A DNA stretch of 64,000 bases from an uncultured Bacilli bacterium. GTDB lineage: Bacteria; Bacillota_I; Bacilli_A; RFN20; CAG-826. The first letter of the stretch is position 1; each line of letters starts with the position of its first letter. Below the pieces are notes generated by a model. The model was not told the origin of the DNA, searched no databases, and was given only the letters and a program-made list of their open reading frames with translations. The stretch is taken from NCBI GenBank assembly GCA_944358895.1, contig CALVSB010000003.1, positions 22,868 through 86,867 of the forward strand, read 5' to 3'. The position numbers and the translations under genes are program-made. This document shows, piece after piece, positions 41,489 through 50,170 of this stretch.

Positions 41489-41562
41489 TGGTGCCCCGCC
41501 GCAGAGTCGAACTACGAATTGATCCTTACCATGGATCCGTTATACCGCTTAACTAGCGGGGC
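41489..41562 (-). tRNA. tRNA-Thr (anticodon GGU), CCA encoded
   Basis: Folded by hand: acceptor GCCCCGC/GCGGGGC, D arm GTTA-AGCGGTA-TAAC, anticodon arm GATCC-AUGGUAA-GGATC, T arm CGTAG-TTCGACT-CTGCG, discriminator A, CCA. Confidence 0.9.
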
Positions 41563-41677
41563 ATTGCCTTGCGGCGATAGAAATCATAATTAAGAAGGGG
41601 GTGCCGTTCAAGAGTAATCTTCGCGTAAGCTGATGATCAACGGAAAATCGCCGCAAAAAGGGCCTCTTTTCCCGGCT

Positions 41678-42682
41678 TTATTTGTCATAACGCGTCGAAG
41701 ATCGCTCATTTAAGCGGGGAAAGGCGATGTAAGTCTCGCTCACCTGCTCGGGATGGCGCATCTGCTCGACGATGGCCCGCCCGGCCGATAGGCCGAGGGA
41801 ATGGACGTCGATCGAGACGCTCGAGAGCTTCGGCTTGGTGTAGAGGGCCAACGGGTAATCGTCGAAGGTAATGATCGAGACTTCGCTCGGGACCTTCTTC
41901 TTGGCATCCTGGAGAGCCCGTAGCGCCCCGAGGGCCAGGAAGTTGTTGGCCGCCACCACCGCGTCGATCTCGAAAGAAGATAGAGCGGTCCTCACTGCCT
42001 TCTCGGCCTGAATGGCCACCGGCTCGAGGGAAAGGATCCTCCTCTCTTCCAGTTCGATGCCCTTTTTGGCTAGGGCCCGCTTCACCCCGTGGAGGCGCGA
42101 AAGGGAAATGTTGTCGGCTTCCTCGCCCCCGACAAAGAGGAAATGCGTGCGGCCATGGGAAAGGAGGCAATTGGCCGCCACTTCCCCGCACACCTCGTTG
42201 TTGTTGTCGATCCAGGACAATGAGCACTTCTCCTTCGGCTCCCCGATGAGGAGGGTCGGGATGGCGAATTCATGGACGATGTCGAGGAGGAACGGGGTGA
42301 TCTCGATGCCGTGGACGACAAGGCCGTCCATCTCCTTCTGGGAGGCCATCTTCCTTAAAGGCGCGAGGTCGCCCCGCTCGACCTGGAGGAAATAGACCCG
42401 GTACTTGTAGCGGGCCAGGCTATGCTCGATCCCCGAGAGGATGGCGAACTTGTGGGGATCCTCGAAGAGGGTCTCGTAGGAGGTTAGGAAAACGACCGAC
42501 CCCGTCTTCCCGGTCGCGAGGCTTTTGGCCTTGCGGTCGGGGACGAAGCGGAGCTTCTTCATGGCCCGCTCGACTTTCTCGCGGACCTCCGGGGAGACGC
42601 TCGGGAAGGAATTGACGACCCGGGAAACACTCGCCGTCGAAACCCCGGCCTCTTTCGCCACGTCCTTGATGGTGCTCGACAT
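41678..42682 (-). CDS. LacI-family transcriptional regulator (maltodextrin locus)
   Basis: TIKDVAKEAGVSTASVSRVVN HTH plus a periplasmic-binding-protein-like sugar-binding domain. Confidence 0.9.
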   Translation of the reverse strand: MSSTIKDVAKEAGVSTASVSRVVNSFPSVSPEVREKVERAMKKLRFVPDRKAKSLATGKTGSVVFLTSYETLFEDPHKFAILSGIEHSLARYKYRVYFLQVERGDLAPLRKMASQKEMDGLVVHGIEITPFLLDIVHEFAIPTLLIGEPKEKCSLSWIDNNNEVCGEVAANCLLSHGRTHFLFVGGEEADNISLSRLHGVKRALAKKGIELEERRILSLEPVAIQAEKAVRTALSSFEIDAVVAANNFLALGALRALQDAKKKVPSEVSIITFDDYPLALYTKPKLSSVSIDVHSLGLSAGRAIVEQMRHPEQVSETYIAFPRLNERSSTRYDK

Positions 42683-42686
42683 ATCA

Positions 42687-44372
42687 CTATTCTACCGGTT
42701 CGAGGAGGAGATAGCCCTTGCTGGCCAGTTTTCCTTCCGCGTAGCCTTTCGAAAGGAGGACCTTTCCCGGAAGGGGTTCGACCGTCCGGCTCTCCTCCGA
42801 GGCATTGAGATAGACGGCCACCGCTTTCCCTTCGCCCGAGCGGAGATAGGCGAAAAGGCCGCCGCTTTCGCTATGGAGGGCCTTGAAGCCTTTCCCCCGG
42901 AGGGAGGGATAAGCCTTCCTAAGGGACGAAAGAGAATGGAGAAGTTCCTTGAACTTGACTTCCCCGCCCCACTCCATCGGCCGGCGGTACTCATTCTCGT
43001 GGAGGCCGGTAAAGCCCCGCTCGTCGCCATAGAGGAGGTTGACCGGGCCGGGATAGGTGAATTGGAGGACGTAGGCGAGCTGCATCCGCCCTTCGTCTTC
43101 GCCCATGAGGGTGAGGAAGCGCGGGACGTCGTGGGTCGAGAGGAGAGAAAGCATCCCGCCGTAGTAGGCGGAGGGTATCCGGTTGAAGAGATAGGCCGTC
43201 CTTTCGAGGAGGTCGTCGCTTTTCCCACCGGGCGAAAGATAGGCGAGGACGGCCCGGCGGAAGTCGTAGTCCATCGCCCCGTCGAAGCCTTCCTCAAGGA
43301 GCATCGGGCGGGGGTTTTGCCACGTCTCGGCCAATAGGCAGGCCTCGGGGTTCAGCTTCTTCAGGGCCGAGGAGAAAAACCGCCAGAAAGAGGGCGAGCA
43401 TTCGTCGGCCGTGTCCATCCGGAAGCCGTCGACCTTGAACTCCCCGACCCACTTCGCCATGACCTTGAGGAAGTAGGCGCGGACTTCTTCGCTATCGAGA
43501 TCGAGCTTCGGCATGTGGGCTTCGTATCCGAAGGTCGCGTAAGAGGGGCGCTTTCCTTTCTCCGGCGGGTACTTGACCGGGAAGGAGAGGGAATAGAACC
43601 AGTCCCGATAAGGCGAGGCTTCCTGCCGTTCGAGGAGGTCCACGAAAGCAAAGAAGGAGGGTCCGCAGTGGTTGAAAACCCCGTCGAGGATGATATGCAT
43701 CCCCCGCGCGTGGGCTTTTCCGACGAGCCGGGCGAAGTCCTCCTCGCTCCCGAAGGAAGGGTCGATTTGGAGATAGTCCTCGGTATCGTAACGGTGATAG
43801 CTCATCGCCTTGAAGATCGGGTTGAGGTAGATGGCGTTGCAGCCCAAAGAGAGGATGTAGTCGAGGCTTTGCTCGATGGCTAGGAGCGTCCCACCATGGT
43901 GGGCGTTCCGCTTGTTTGAAGGTTCGACCCCCGGAGCGAGGAAACTATCGGGGAAGATGTTGTAGAAAACGGCTTCCGAAAGCCATTTCGGGGTCTCGTG
44001 TCCGAGGGAGCGGAACCGGTACGGGAACTTGAAAAGGTCGTTCCGTTCCGTCGAAAGTTCCTCATGGAAACCTTCCCCGTAGTAGTAAATCCGCCCGCCG
44101 TCCTTGAAGAGCAGTTCAAAAGCGTAGACGAGGCGGACGAGGGGCGTCGATACCTCGGCTTCGAAGTAATCGTAGAGGCGCGTCGCGAAGGTCTTTTCCA
44201 TCTTCGCCCGCTCCATCTTGACGACCGGGGCCGGGTAGGCGGTGTCGCCATAGAGGAAATAGGCTTCCTTGAGGTCGCCCGCCTTGGCCCGGAGGCGGAA
44301 GGCAAAATGCCCCGGGCGGGGGCTATAGGCCATTTCGGAAAGGGAACGGTGAAGGATCGAGCTGAGGTCCAT
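42687..44372 (-). CDS. GH13 alpha-glucosidase (neopullulanase/cyclomaltodextrinase-like)
   Basis: LGCNAIYLNPIF, HRYDTEDY, AHARGMHIILDGVFNH, GFRMDTADE, LAETW, LLSTHD. Confidence 0.85.
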   Translation of the reverse strand: MDLSSILHRSLSEMAYSPRPGHFAFRLRAKAGDLKEAYFLYGDTAYPAPVVKMERAKMEKTFATRLYDYFEAEVSTPLVRLVYAFELLFKDGGRIYYYGEGFHEELSTERNDLFKFPYRFRSLGHETPKWLSEAVFYNIFPDSFLAPGVEPSNKRNAHHGGTLLAIEQSLDYILSLGCNAIYLNPIFKAMSYHRYDTEDYLQIDPSFGSEEDFARLVGKAHARGMHIILDGVFNHCGPSFFAFVDLLERQEASPYRDWFYSLSFPVKYPPEKGKRPSYATFGYEAHMPKLDLDSEEVRAYFLKVMAKWVGEFKVDGFRMDTADECSPSFWRFFSSALKKLNPEACLLAETWQNPRPMLLEEGFDGAMDYDFRRAVLAYLSPGGKSDDLLERTAYLFNRIPSAYYGGMLSLLSTHDVPRFLTLMGEDEGRMQLAYVLQFTYPGPVNLLYGDERGFTGLHENEYRRPMEWGGEVKFKELLHSLSSLRKAYPSLRGKGFKALHSESGGLFAYLRSGEGKAVAVYLNASEESRTVEPLPGKVLLSKGYAEGKLASKGYLLLEPVE

Positions 44373-44376
44373 GGCA

Positions 44377-45264
44377 TTACTCCTTGACCCCGCCGGAGGA
44401 GAGCCCGCTCACCATGTGGCGCTGGGCGAGCATGAAGACGGCGAGGATCGGCGCGCTGACGAGGAGGGAGGCAGCGAAGAAGACGGGCCAGCTCCCGGTC
44501 GATTCCTGGGCTTGGAGGCCATAAAGGCCGCTGGCCAGGGTATAGAAGTCGGGGTTCGAGACGAAGGTCGTCGCGAAGATGTACTCGTTCCAGACGTAGA
44601 TGAGGACCATGACCCCGGTCACGGCCAGGGCCGGCCGGGCCAAGGGCAAGAGAATCCGGGTGATGACCTGGAAGGTCGAGCAGCCGTCCATCCGGGCCGC
44701 TTCCTCAATTTCGTAGGGAATCGTGTCGAAGTAGCCCTTCAGGTTGTAGAGGCCGAAGATGGCCATCGTCCCGACGTAGACGAGGAGGAGGCCGTAGATG
44801 CTATTGGAAAGGCGAAGCTCCCGGATCAAGGTATAAATCGAGTAAAGGGAGAGGACGCTCGGGAAGGCGTTGAGGATGATGAGGAAGCGGATGGCCGCCC
44901 CTTTGAAACGGAAGCGGAAGCGCGAGAAGGCATAGGCCGCCGGAATCGAGATGGTCAGCACCAAGACGACGGTCGAAACGGCAAGAAGGATGGTGTTCCC
45001 GAACCAGGTCAGGATGTCGTAGTCGGTGAAAAGCTTCACGTAATTGTCGACCGTCCAAGTCTCGGGAAAAAGGGAAAGCGAAGAGGAAAGGAGGGAATTG
45101 CTCTCCCCGAAGCTCACCCCGAGGGCATAGAGGATCGGGAGGAGGGTCAGGAAGCAAAGGACGATGAAGAAGACTTGCAGTCCCGCGACCTTGGAGACCG
45201 TTTTCGCTTTTTTGATGGCCTTTCGGCGGGCGATTTCGGGGCTGATGGCCTTATTTGGCTCCAT
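44377..45264 (-). CDS. Sugar ABC transporter permease (MalG-like)
   Basis: Six hydrophobic segments; EAA-type loop EEAARMDGCSTFQVITRILLPLARPAL. Confidence 0.85.
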   Translation of the reverse strand: MEPNKAISPEIARRKAIKKAKTVSKVAGLQVFFIVLCFLTLLPILYALGVSFGESNSLLSSSLSLFPETWTVDNYVKLFTDYDILTWFGNTILLAVSTVVLVLTISIPAAYAFSRFRFRFKGAAIRFLIILNAFPSVLSLYSIYTLIRELRLSNSIYGLLLVYVGTMAIFGLYNLKGYFDTIPYEIEEAARMDGCSTFQVITRILLPLARPALAVTGVMVLIYVWNEYIFATTFVSNPDFYTLASGLYGLQAQESTGSWPVFFAASLLVSAPILAVFMLAQRHMVSGLSSGGVKE

Positions 45265-46168
45265 GCTTCGCTCCTTTCTTCCGGAAGGACGGGTCGAAGA
45301 AGACGGTCGAGAGGACGACGAGGACGAAGATGATGGTCGCGACCGCCCCGCTATAGCCGTAATTGCCGGTGATGAAGGCCTGCTGGTAGGCGTAGACGAT
45401 GACCGTCTCGATGTGGGCCCCGGTCCCGACCGGGGAAATGGTCATGAGGTTGATGATGTCGAACTGCTTGAAAGTCGTGAAGAGGGTGATGAGGACGGCC
45501 GGGGCAATGATCGGCACGATCGAGGGAATCGAGACGAAGAGGTGCTTTTCGAAGGCGTTGCAGCCGTCGAGGGAGGCGCTTTCGAAAAGCTCCTTGTTCA
45601 CGCTTTGGAGGGCCCCGTCGATGATCATGATCATGAAGGGGAGGGCCAGCCACAGGTTCACGATGGTGCAGGAAACGAAGGCGAGGACGTCGTTCGAGAG
45701 GAAATCGGCCTTCGCCCCGAAGAGGGAAAGGATCTTGTTCAAATAGCCGAACTGGCCGTTGAACATGCCGTTCTTCCATAGAAGGATGCTCACGTAGCCG
45801 GGCATCGCCCACGGGATCATGAGGAGGGCTTTGTAGACCTTCCTTCCCTTGAGGTGGGGCGAGTTGAGGAGGACGGCCAGGACGTAGGCGATCACCAGCT
45901 GGAGGACCATGTTGACGGCCGTCCAAAGGAGAGTGATCCCGAGGCTACGAAGGAAGCTGGCGCTCCCTAGCGAGAAGGCATCGACGTAGTTCTCGATCCC
46001 GATAAGGGTGTAATCGTAGTAGTTGTAGATCCCCATGTTGGTGAACGATAGGTAGACCGTGTGGCCGATGGGGAAGACGACCACGAGGAAAATGGTAAGA
46101 AGGGAAAGCGAAGAGAAGAGCCAGGGCCTCGCTTCCCGCTCGATTTTCCGCAGGGCCGCCTTTTTCAT
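45251..46168 (-). CDS. Sugar ABC transporter permease (MalF-like)
   Basis: Start at the ATG at 46168 (ATGA overlap with the binding-protein stop). FESASLDGCNAFEKHLFVSIPSIVPI EAA loop. Confidence 0.85.
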   Translation of the reverse strand: MKKAALRKIEREARPWLFSSLSLLTIFLVVVFPIGHTVYLSFTNMGIYNYYDYTLIGIENYVDAFSLGSASFLRSLGITLLWTAVNMVLQLVIAYVLAVLLNSPHLKGRKVYKALLMIPWAMPGYVSILLWKNGMFNGQFGYLNKILSLFGAKADFLSNDVLAFVSCTIVNLWLALPFMIMIIDGALQSVNKELFESASLDGCNAFEKHLFVSIPSIVPIIAPAVLITLFTTFKQFDIINLMTISPVGTGAHIETVIVYAYQQAFITGNYGYSGAVATIIFVLVVLSTVFFDPSFRKKGAKHGAK

Positions 46169-47382
46169 TGCATCTGCTCGATGAGGCGGAGGGCTTCTGC
46201 TTGGTATTTGTCGGCTGTTTCCTCCACGTCGGCCCCGTTCATGTTGACGTCGGTGAGGAGGTAGCCGAGCTCGCTCCACATGATGTCCATTTCCGGGCGG
46301 GAAGGCATCGGGATGGCCGTCGCGGCCTGCTCTTGGATGGCCTTCACGATGGTATTGTCCTTGACGCCTTCGACCTCGTAGGCCGCCTCGAGGGCCGGGG
46401 CGCAGCCGCTAACGAGGGCGAGCTCCCCTTGGACCGCCGGATCGAGGAAGCACTCCATCACGGCCTTGATCCGTTCCTTCCGGCCGCTATCCTGGCACTT
46501 GATCTTGAGGGCTTGGATGCCCTGGACGCCGCTATAGGGCGAAAGGGGCTTCCCATTGGGAAGGGTCGGCATCGGGGCCACCCCGATGTCGATGCCGGCC
46601 TCGAGGGCCGAGGGAATCATCCATGGACCCCCGATCACCATGTCGGCGCTCTCTTCGAGGAAGAGAGTGTTGACCGTCGCGTAGTCGGCGCTCGTCCGCG
46701 GCATGTAGTCGATGAACTTCTTGTGGTACTCCAGCGATTCGACCACCGCTTCGTCACTAAGTCCCGGGGTGCCGTCCTCGTGGAGGATTTCCCCGCCGTA
46801 GCCGTTGATCCAGGCCGAGGCGTAATAAGGGGTCGAATGCTGCTCGACGAAGCCGTATCGACGCCCGTCGGTATATTCCTGCATGTAGGCATATAGCTCT
46901 TCCGTCGTCGACGGAAGGGCGGGAAGGGAGGGATCCTTGTCTCCGACGAGGTCGCGGTTATAGAGGAAGAGGGTCGTCTCGTAGTAAAGCGGGAGCCCGT
47001 AGTTCGTCCCTTCGTATTCCATGGCCTCGAGGGTGAGGGGCACGCTTTCCTCGTAACTGGAAGGATCGATGAGGCTATCGAGGTCCTCGAGAATCCCAAG
47101 CGTCGCGAAAAGGCCGATCTTGTCGTGGGCGAAGATGTACATGTCGGGGCAGCTCGAGGGGTCGTTCCCGACGAGCTTCAGCTGGTCGGTCATCGAGTCG
47201 CGGCGGACGAACTCGACCTTCTCCTCGGGCAGTTTTTCCGCGATGGCTTTTTGCAAAACTTCGACCACCGCATCCGTCTTGTCGTGCCAGATGACGAGGG
47301 TCGAGTCGTCGCTCCCCCCGCAGGAAGAAAGGCCGGCGACGGCCAGAAGCCCGGCCAGGGTGAGGGCAATGCGCTTTTTCAT
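46165..47382 (-). CDS. Sugar ABC transporter substrate-binding lipoprotein (maltodextrin-type)
   Basis: MKKRIALTLAGLLAVAGLSSCGGS lipobox; family-1 solute-binding protein pattern. Confidence 0.85.
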   Translation of the reverse strand: MKKRIALTLAGLLAVAGLSSCGGSDDSTLVIWHDKTDAVVEVLQKAIAEKLPEEKVEFVRRDSMTDQLKLVGNDPSSCPDMYIFAHDKIGLFATLGILEDLDSLIDPSSYEESVPLTLEAMEYEGTNYGLPLYYETTLFLYNRDLVGDKDPSLPALPSTTEELYAYMQEYTDGRRYGFVEQHSTPYYASAWINGYGGEILHEDGTPGLSDEAVVESLEYHKKFIDYMPRTSADYATVNTLFLEESADMVIGGPWMIPSALEAGIDIGVAPMPTLPNGKPLSPYSGVQGIQALKIKCQDSGRKERIKAVMECFLDPAVQGELALVSGCAPALEAAYEVEGVKDNTIVKAIQEQAATAIPMPSRPEMDIMWSELGYLLTDVNMNGADVEETADKYQAEALRLIEQMQ

Positions 47383-47440
47383 GGGTTACCTCCAAGGGAA
47401 GAGGGGGCCCGAAGGCCCCCGGATCGTCTATTGAGAACGA

Positions 47441-48658
47441 TTAGTAGGAGATGGTGAGGAGATACTTGCCGGTGGCGTCGGTTTCCCCGCTCACCGTCGC
47501 GTAGACCGTCTCCTTGCTCGTGTCGATGTTTTCGGGAAGGTCGGCCGTCTGGAGGCGGGCATCCTCTTTATCGCTATTCGGGTCGTCGATCGAGATGATG
47601 ATCTGGTCGCAGGTCGTCGAGACGTCGTAGGCGAACTTCCCGTCGCTTATCTTCTCGAGGGCCTCGCCCGGCCAGGTCGAGAACATCCCGACCCCGCTTT
47701 CCTTGTTCCAGGCCCAGAGGTAGGGCTCGGTCCAGGTCTCGGGGACGCTCACCTCGAGGCGGTAGGTGTCGCTCGGGGGCATCGGCTTGGTATCGTAAGC
47801 CACGATGCCGGCTTCGTTCTTGCCGTCGATCAGGTACTCCCCGACGTCGGCGAACCAGGCCGAGTTGCCGTTGTTCTTCCGGAGGGTGAAGTTCACCGAG
47901 GTCCGGCTTCCGCCGTCGGTCACGTAGTAGGAAGCGTACTTGCTCGAGGCGAAGCCCATGAAGCGGTAGCCGTCGCTGTCGAGCTCGGTCGGGATGAGGG
48001 TCGCTTTCCCTTCGGCGTCGACCCCGTAGACATTGGCCGTCCGCCAGGCGTTGGGGACGTGGACCCCGAAGTAGGCCTCGCTTTCGTAGGCCTTGGCCGC
48101 CGGGGCACCGGCGGGAGCCTCGTAAAGGGCCGTCAGGTTATGGGTGGGGCGGGTCGTTCCATCTTCGTTATTCGCCGTGCCGTCCGTCACGCCGTCGAAC
48201 CAGACGTCTTTCCCTTCGATGAGAAGGCCTTCGCTTTGAATGGCCGTCTCCGTTCCCTGGTTGGCCGCGATGATCACCATGTCGACCCGGGTCGGGACCG
48301 CAAGCTGATACCAGCCGCCCGCGGCTTCTTCCATCGCCCGGCCCGGCCACGCCATGCCCGGGAAGGCATTGGCACCGCCGTCGTTCGTCCAGGCCCAGAG
48401 ATAGGGATCGTTCCACCCTTCGGGGGCTTTGAACGAAATGGAGTAGCCGGTCGTGTCGGGCTCGGTTTCGAGATCGTCGAAGGTCGGGTAGTCGGTCGGC
48501 TCACCCGTGGATTCGGCTTCCGAGGAAGAAGAGGAGACGGCTATTTCTTCCGAGCTTCCCTCGGAAGGGGCCGCCGATGAGGAAGTCCCGGTTTCGCCGC
48601 ATCCAGCCAAGATCAAAAGGGCCGCGGCGCCGAGAACAGGGAACAAAGACTTTTTCAT
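47441..48658 (-). CDS. Surface lipoprotein with two starch-binding (CBM25/26-like) modules
   Basis: Start at the ATG at 48658 (LILAGCGETG lipobox). EGWNDPYLWAWTNDGGANAFPGMAWPGRAME and ETWTEPYLWAWNKESGVGMFSTWPGEALE. Confidence 0.65.
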   Translation of the reverse strand: MKKSLFPVLGAAALLILAGCGETGTSSSAAPSEGSSEEIAVSSSSSEAESTGEPTDYPTFDDLETEPDTTGYSISFKAPEGWNDPYLWAWTNDGGANAFPGMAWPGRAMEEAAGGWYQLAVPTRVDMVIIAANQGTETAIQSEGLLIEGKDVWFDGVTDGTANNEDGTTRPTHNLTALYEAPAGAPAAKAYESEAYFGVHVPNAWRTANVYGVDAEGKATLIPTELDSDGYRFMGFASSKYASYYVTDGGSRTSVNFTLRKNNGNSAWFADVGEYLIDGKNEAGIVAYDTKPMPPSDTYRLEVSVPETWTEPYLWAWNKESGVGMFSTWPGEALEKISDGKFAYDVSTTCDQIIISIDDPNSDKEDARLQTADLPENIDTSKETVYATVSGETDATGKYLLTISY

Positions 48659-48724
48659 TGATGGTCCTCCTAATGTTCCTACGGCCATTATCAGGGGGCT
48701 AAGAAGCGTTTTCACACACAAAGT

Positions 48725-48738
48725 TGAAAGCGGTTACA
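48725..48738. promoter_or_regulatory. cre / LacI-type operator upstream of the maltodextrin operon
   Basis: TGAAAGCGGTTACA fits TGWAANCGNTNWCA at every constrained position. Confidence 0.5.
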
Positions 48739-48773
48739 TTACTATTAAATTCGATGGTGCCTACCTTTTTCCT

Positions 48774-48788
48774 ATGTAACGCTTACAT
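48774..48788. promoter_or_regulatory. Second LacI-type palindromic operator candidate
   Basis: ATGTAA-CGC-TTACAT: perfect 6-bp arms around CGC, 49 bp from the first site. Confidence 0.45.
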
Positions 48789-48841
48789 TTGAAAACGACT
48801 TTTCGAAAAACGAATCCCCGATAAAGCCGCTTTTACGTAAG

Positions 48842-48864
48842 AAAAGCCCCGCGGGCGGCGGGAC
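48842..48864 (-). terminator. Intrinsic terminator after rimO
   Basis: Minus strand GUCCCGC-cgccc-GCGGGGC then UUUUCUUACG. Confidence 0.65.
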
Positions 48865-48871
48865 TCTGTTT

Positions 48872-50170
48872 TCAAAGAACGGCGAGCAGCTTCGCGTGGA
48901 GGTCGTAGACAAAGGAGGAGTCGATCTCGACTCTCACCCGGTCGCCGCGCTTAAGTTCGACGTCGGTATCGAGGAAGATCTTCCCGTCGATGTCGTCGGG
49001 AGCGTTCCAATAGGACCGGAGGGAGTACTTCCCCTTCTCCCCGGCCAGGACATAGGCGTCCATCGTCTCCCCGACCCGCTTCTTGAGGAGGCCGACCGAG
49101 ATCTTCCGCTGGGCGTCCATGATTTCCTGGGCCCGGCGTTCGCGCTCGGGATGGGGAATGACGGGGCGGATGGCATAGCCCATCGTCCCTTCTTCCCGGG
49201 AATAAGGGAAGACGCCAAGGTGATCGAAGCCGATTTCCTGAATAAAGGAGAGGGTTTCGCGGTGGTTTTCCAGGGTTTCCCCCGAGAAGCCGGCAATGAG
49301 GGTCGTCCGGAGGGCCGCCTTCGGCATGAGCTCGCGGATGCGGGCGAAAAGCTTCCGCATGCTCTCCCGGGTATCCTTCCGGTTCATCTTCTTAAGCACC
49401 TCGTCGCTCCCCGACTGGATCGGGATGTCGAAGTACTTCTCAACGGCCGGGTTGTCCTTCACGTAGAGGAGGAACTCGTCGTCGATCTCGTCCGGATAGA
49501 GATAGAGGAGGCGGATCGAGGGGAAGCCGATGGCCGTGAGTTCCTTAAGGAGGTCGACCATCTTCGGCCGCCCGGGGAGATCGACCCCGTAATGCATCGG
49601 GTCCTGGCTCACGAGGGCCAATTCCCGGACTCCCTTCTCATAGAGGATTTTTCCTTCTTCGAAGAGTTCTTCCATCGTCCGGGAGCGATAGGGCCCCCGG
49701 ATGTAGGGAATGGCGCAGAAGGCGCAATAGTTGCTGCAGCCTTCCGAGATTTTCATGTAGGCAAAGGGAAGGGCGGTCGAAAGTTCCCGTTTCAGGGGAT
49801 CGATTTCCTTCACCGGTTCCTCGAGAAGCTTCCCGACCAGTTCCCCGAAGCGGGGATAGTCGGAAAGAGGGACGAAGAGGTCGACTTCCGGGAGGCTCTT
49901 CCTAATCTCGTCGAGGTCCTTGTAGAGGAGGCAGCCGGTCACGACGAGCTTGGCCGGGTAGTTGCCCATCTCGAGGATCGTCTCCACCGCTTCCTTCTTG
50001 GCCGCGTCGATGAAGCCGCAGGTATTGACGACGATGACGTCGGCCTCGTCGGGCCGGAGGGTGATCTCGAACTCGTCCTTCGGGAAGCAGGCCAAAAGGT
50101 TCTCGCTGTCGACGAGGTTCTTGGCGCAGCCGAGGGAAACGAGGCCGATCTTCTTCTTAGAGGCGGCCAT
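48872..50170 (-). CDS. rimO: Ribosomal protein S12 methylthiotransferase
   Basis: KKIGLVSLGCAKNLVDSE, radical-SAM CSNYCAFCAIP, C-terminal TRAM-like domain. Confidence 0.85.
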   Translation of the reverse strand: MAASKKKIGLVSLGCAKNLVDSENLLACFPKDEFEITLRPDEADVIVVNTCGFIDAAKKEAVETILEMGNYPAKLVVTGCLLYKDLDEIRKSLPEVDLFVPLSDYPRFGELVGKLLEEPVKEIDPLKRELSTALPFAYMKISEGCSNYCAFCAIPYIRGPYRSRTMEELFEEGKILYEKGVRELALVSQDPMHYGVDLPGRPKMVDLLKELTAIGFPSIRLLYLYPDEIDDEFLLYVKDNPAVEKYFDIPIQSGSDEVLKKMNRKDTRESMRKLFARIRELMPKAALRTTLIAGFSGETLENHRETLSFIQEIGFDHLGVFPYSREEGTMGYAIRPVIPHPERERRAQEIMDAQRKISVGLLKKRVGETMDAYVLAGEKGKYSLRSYWNAPDDIDGKIFLDTDVELKRGDRVRVEIDSSFVYDLHAKLLAVL

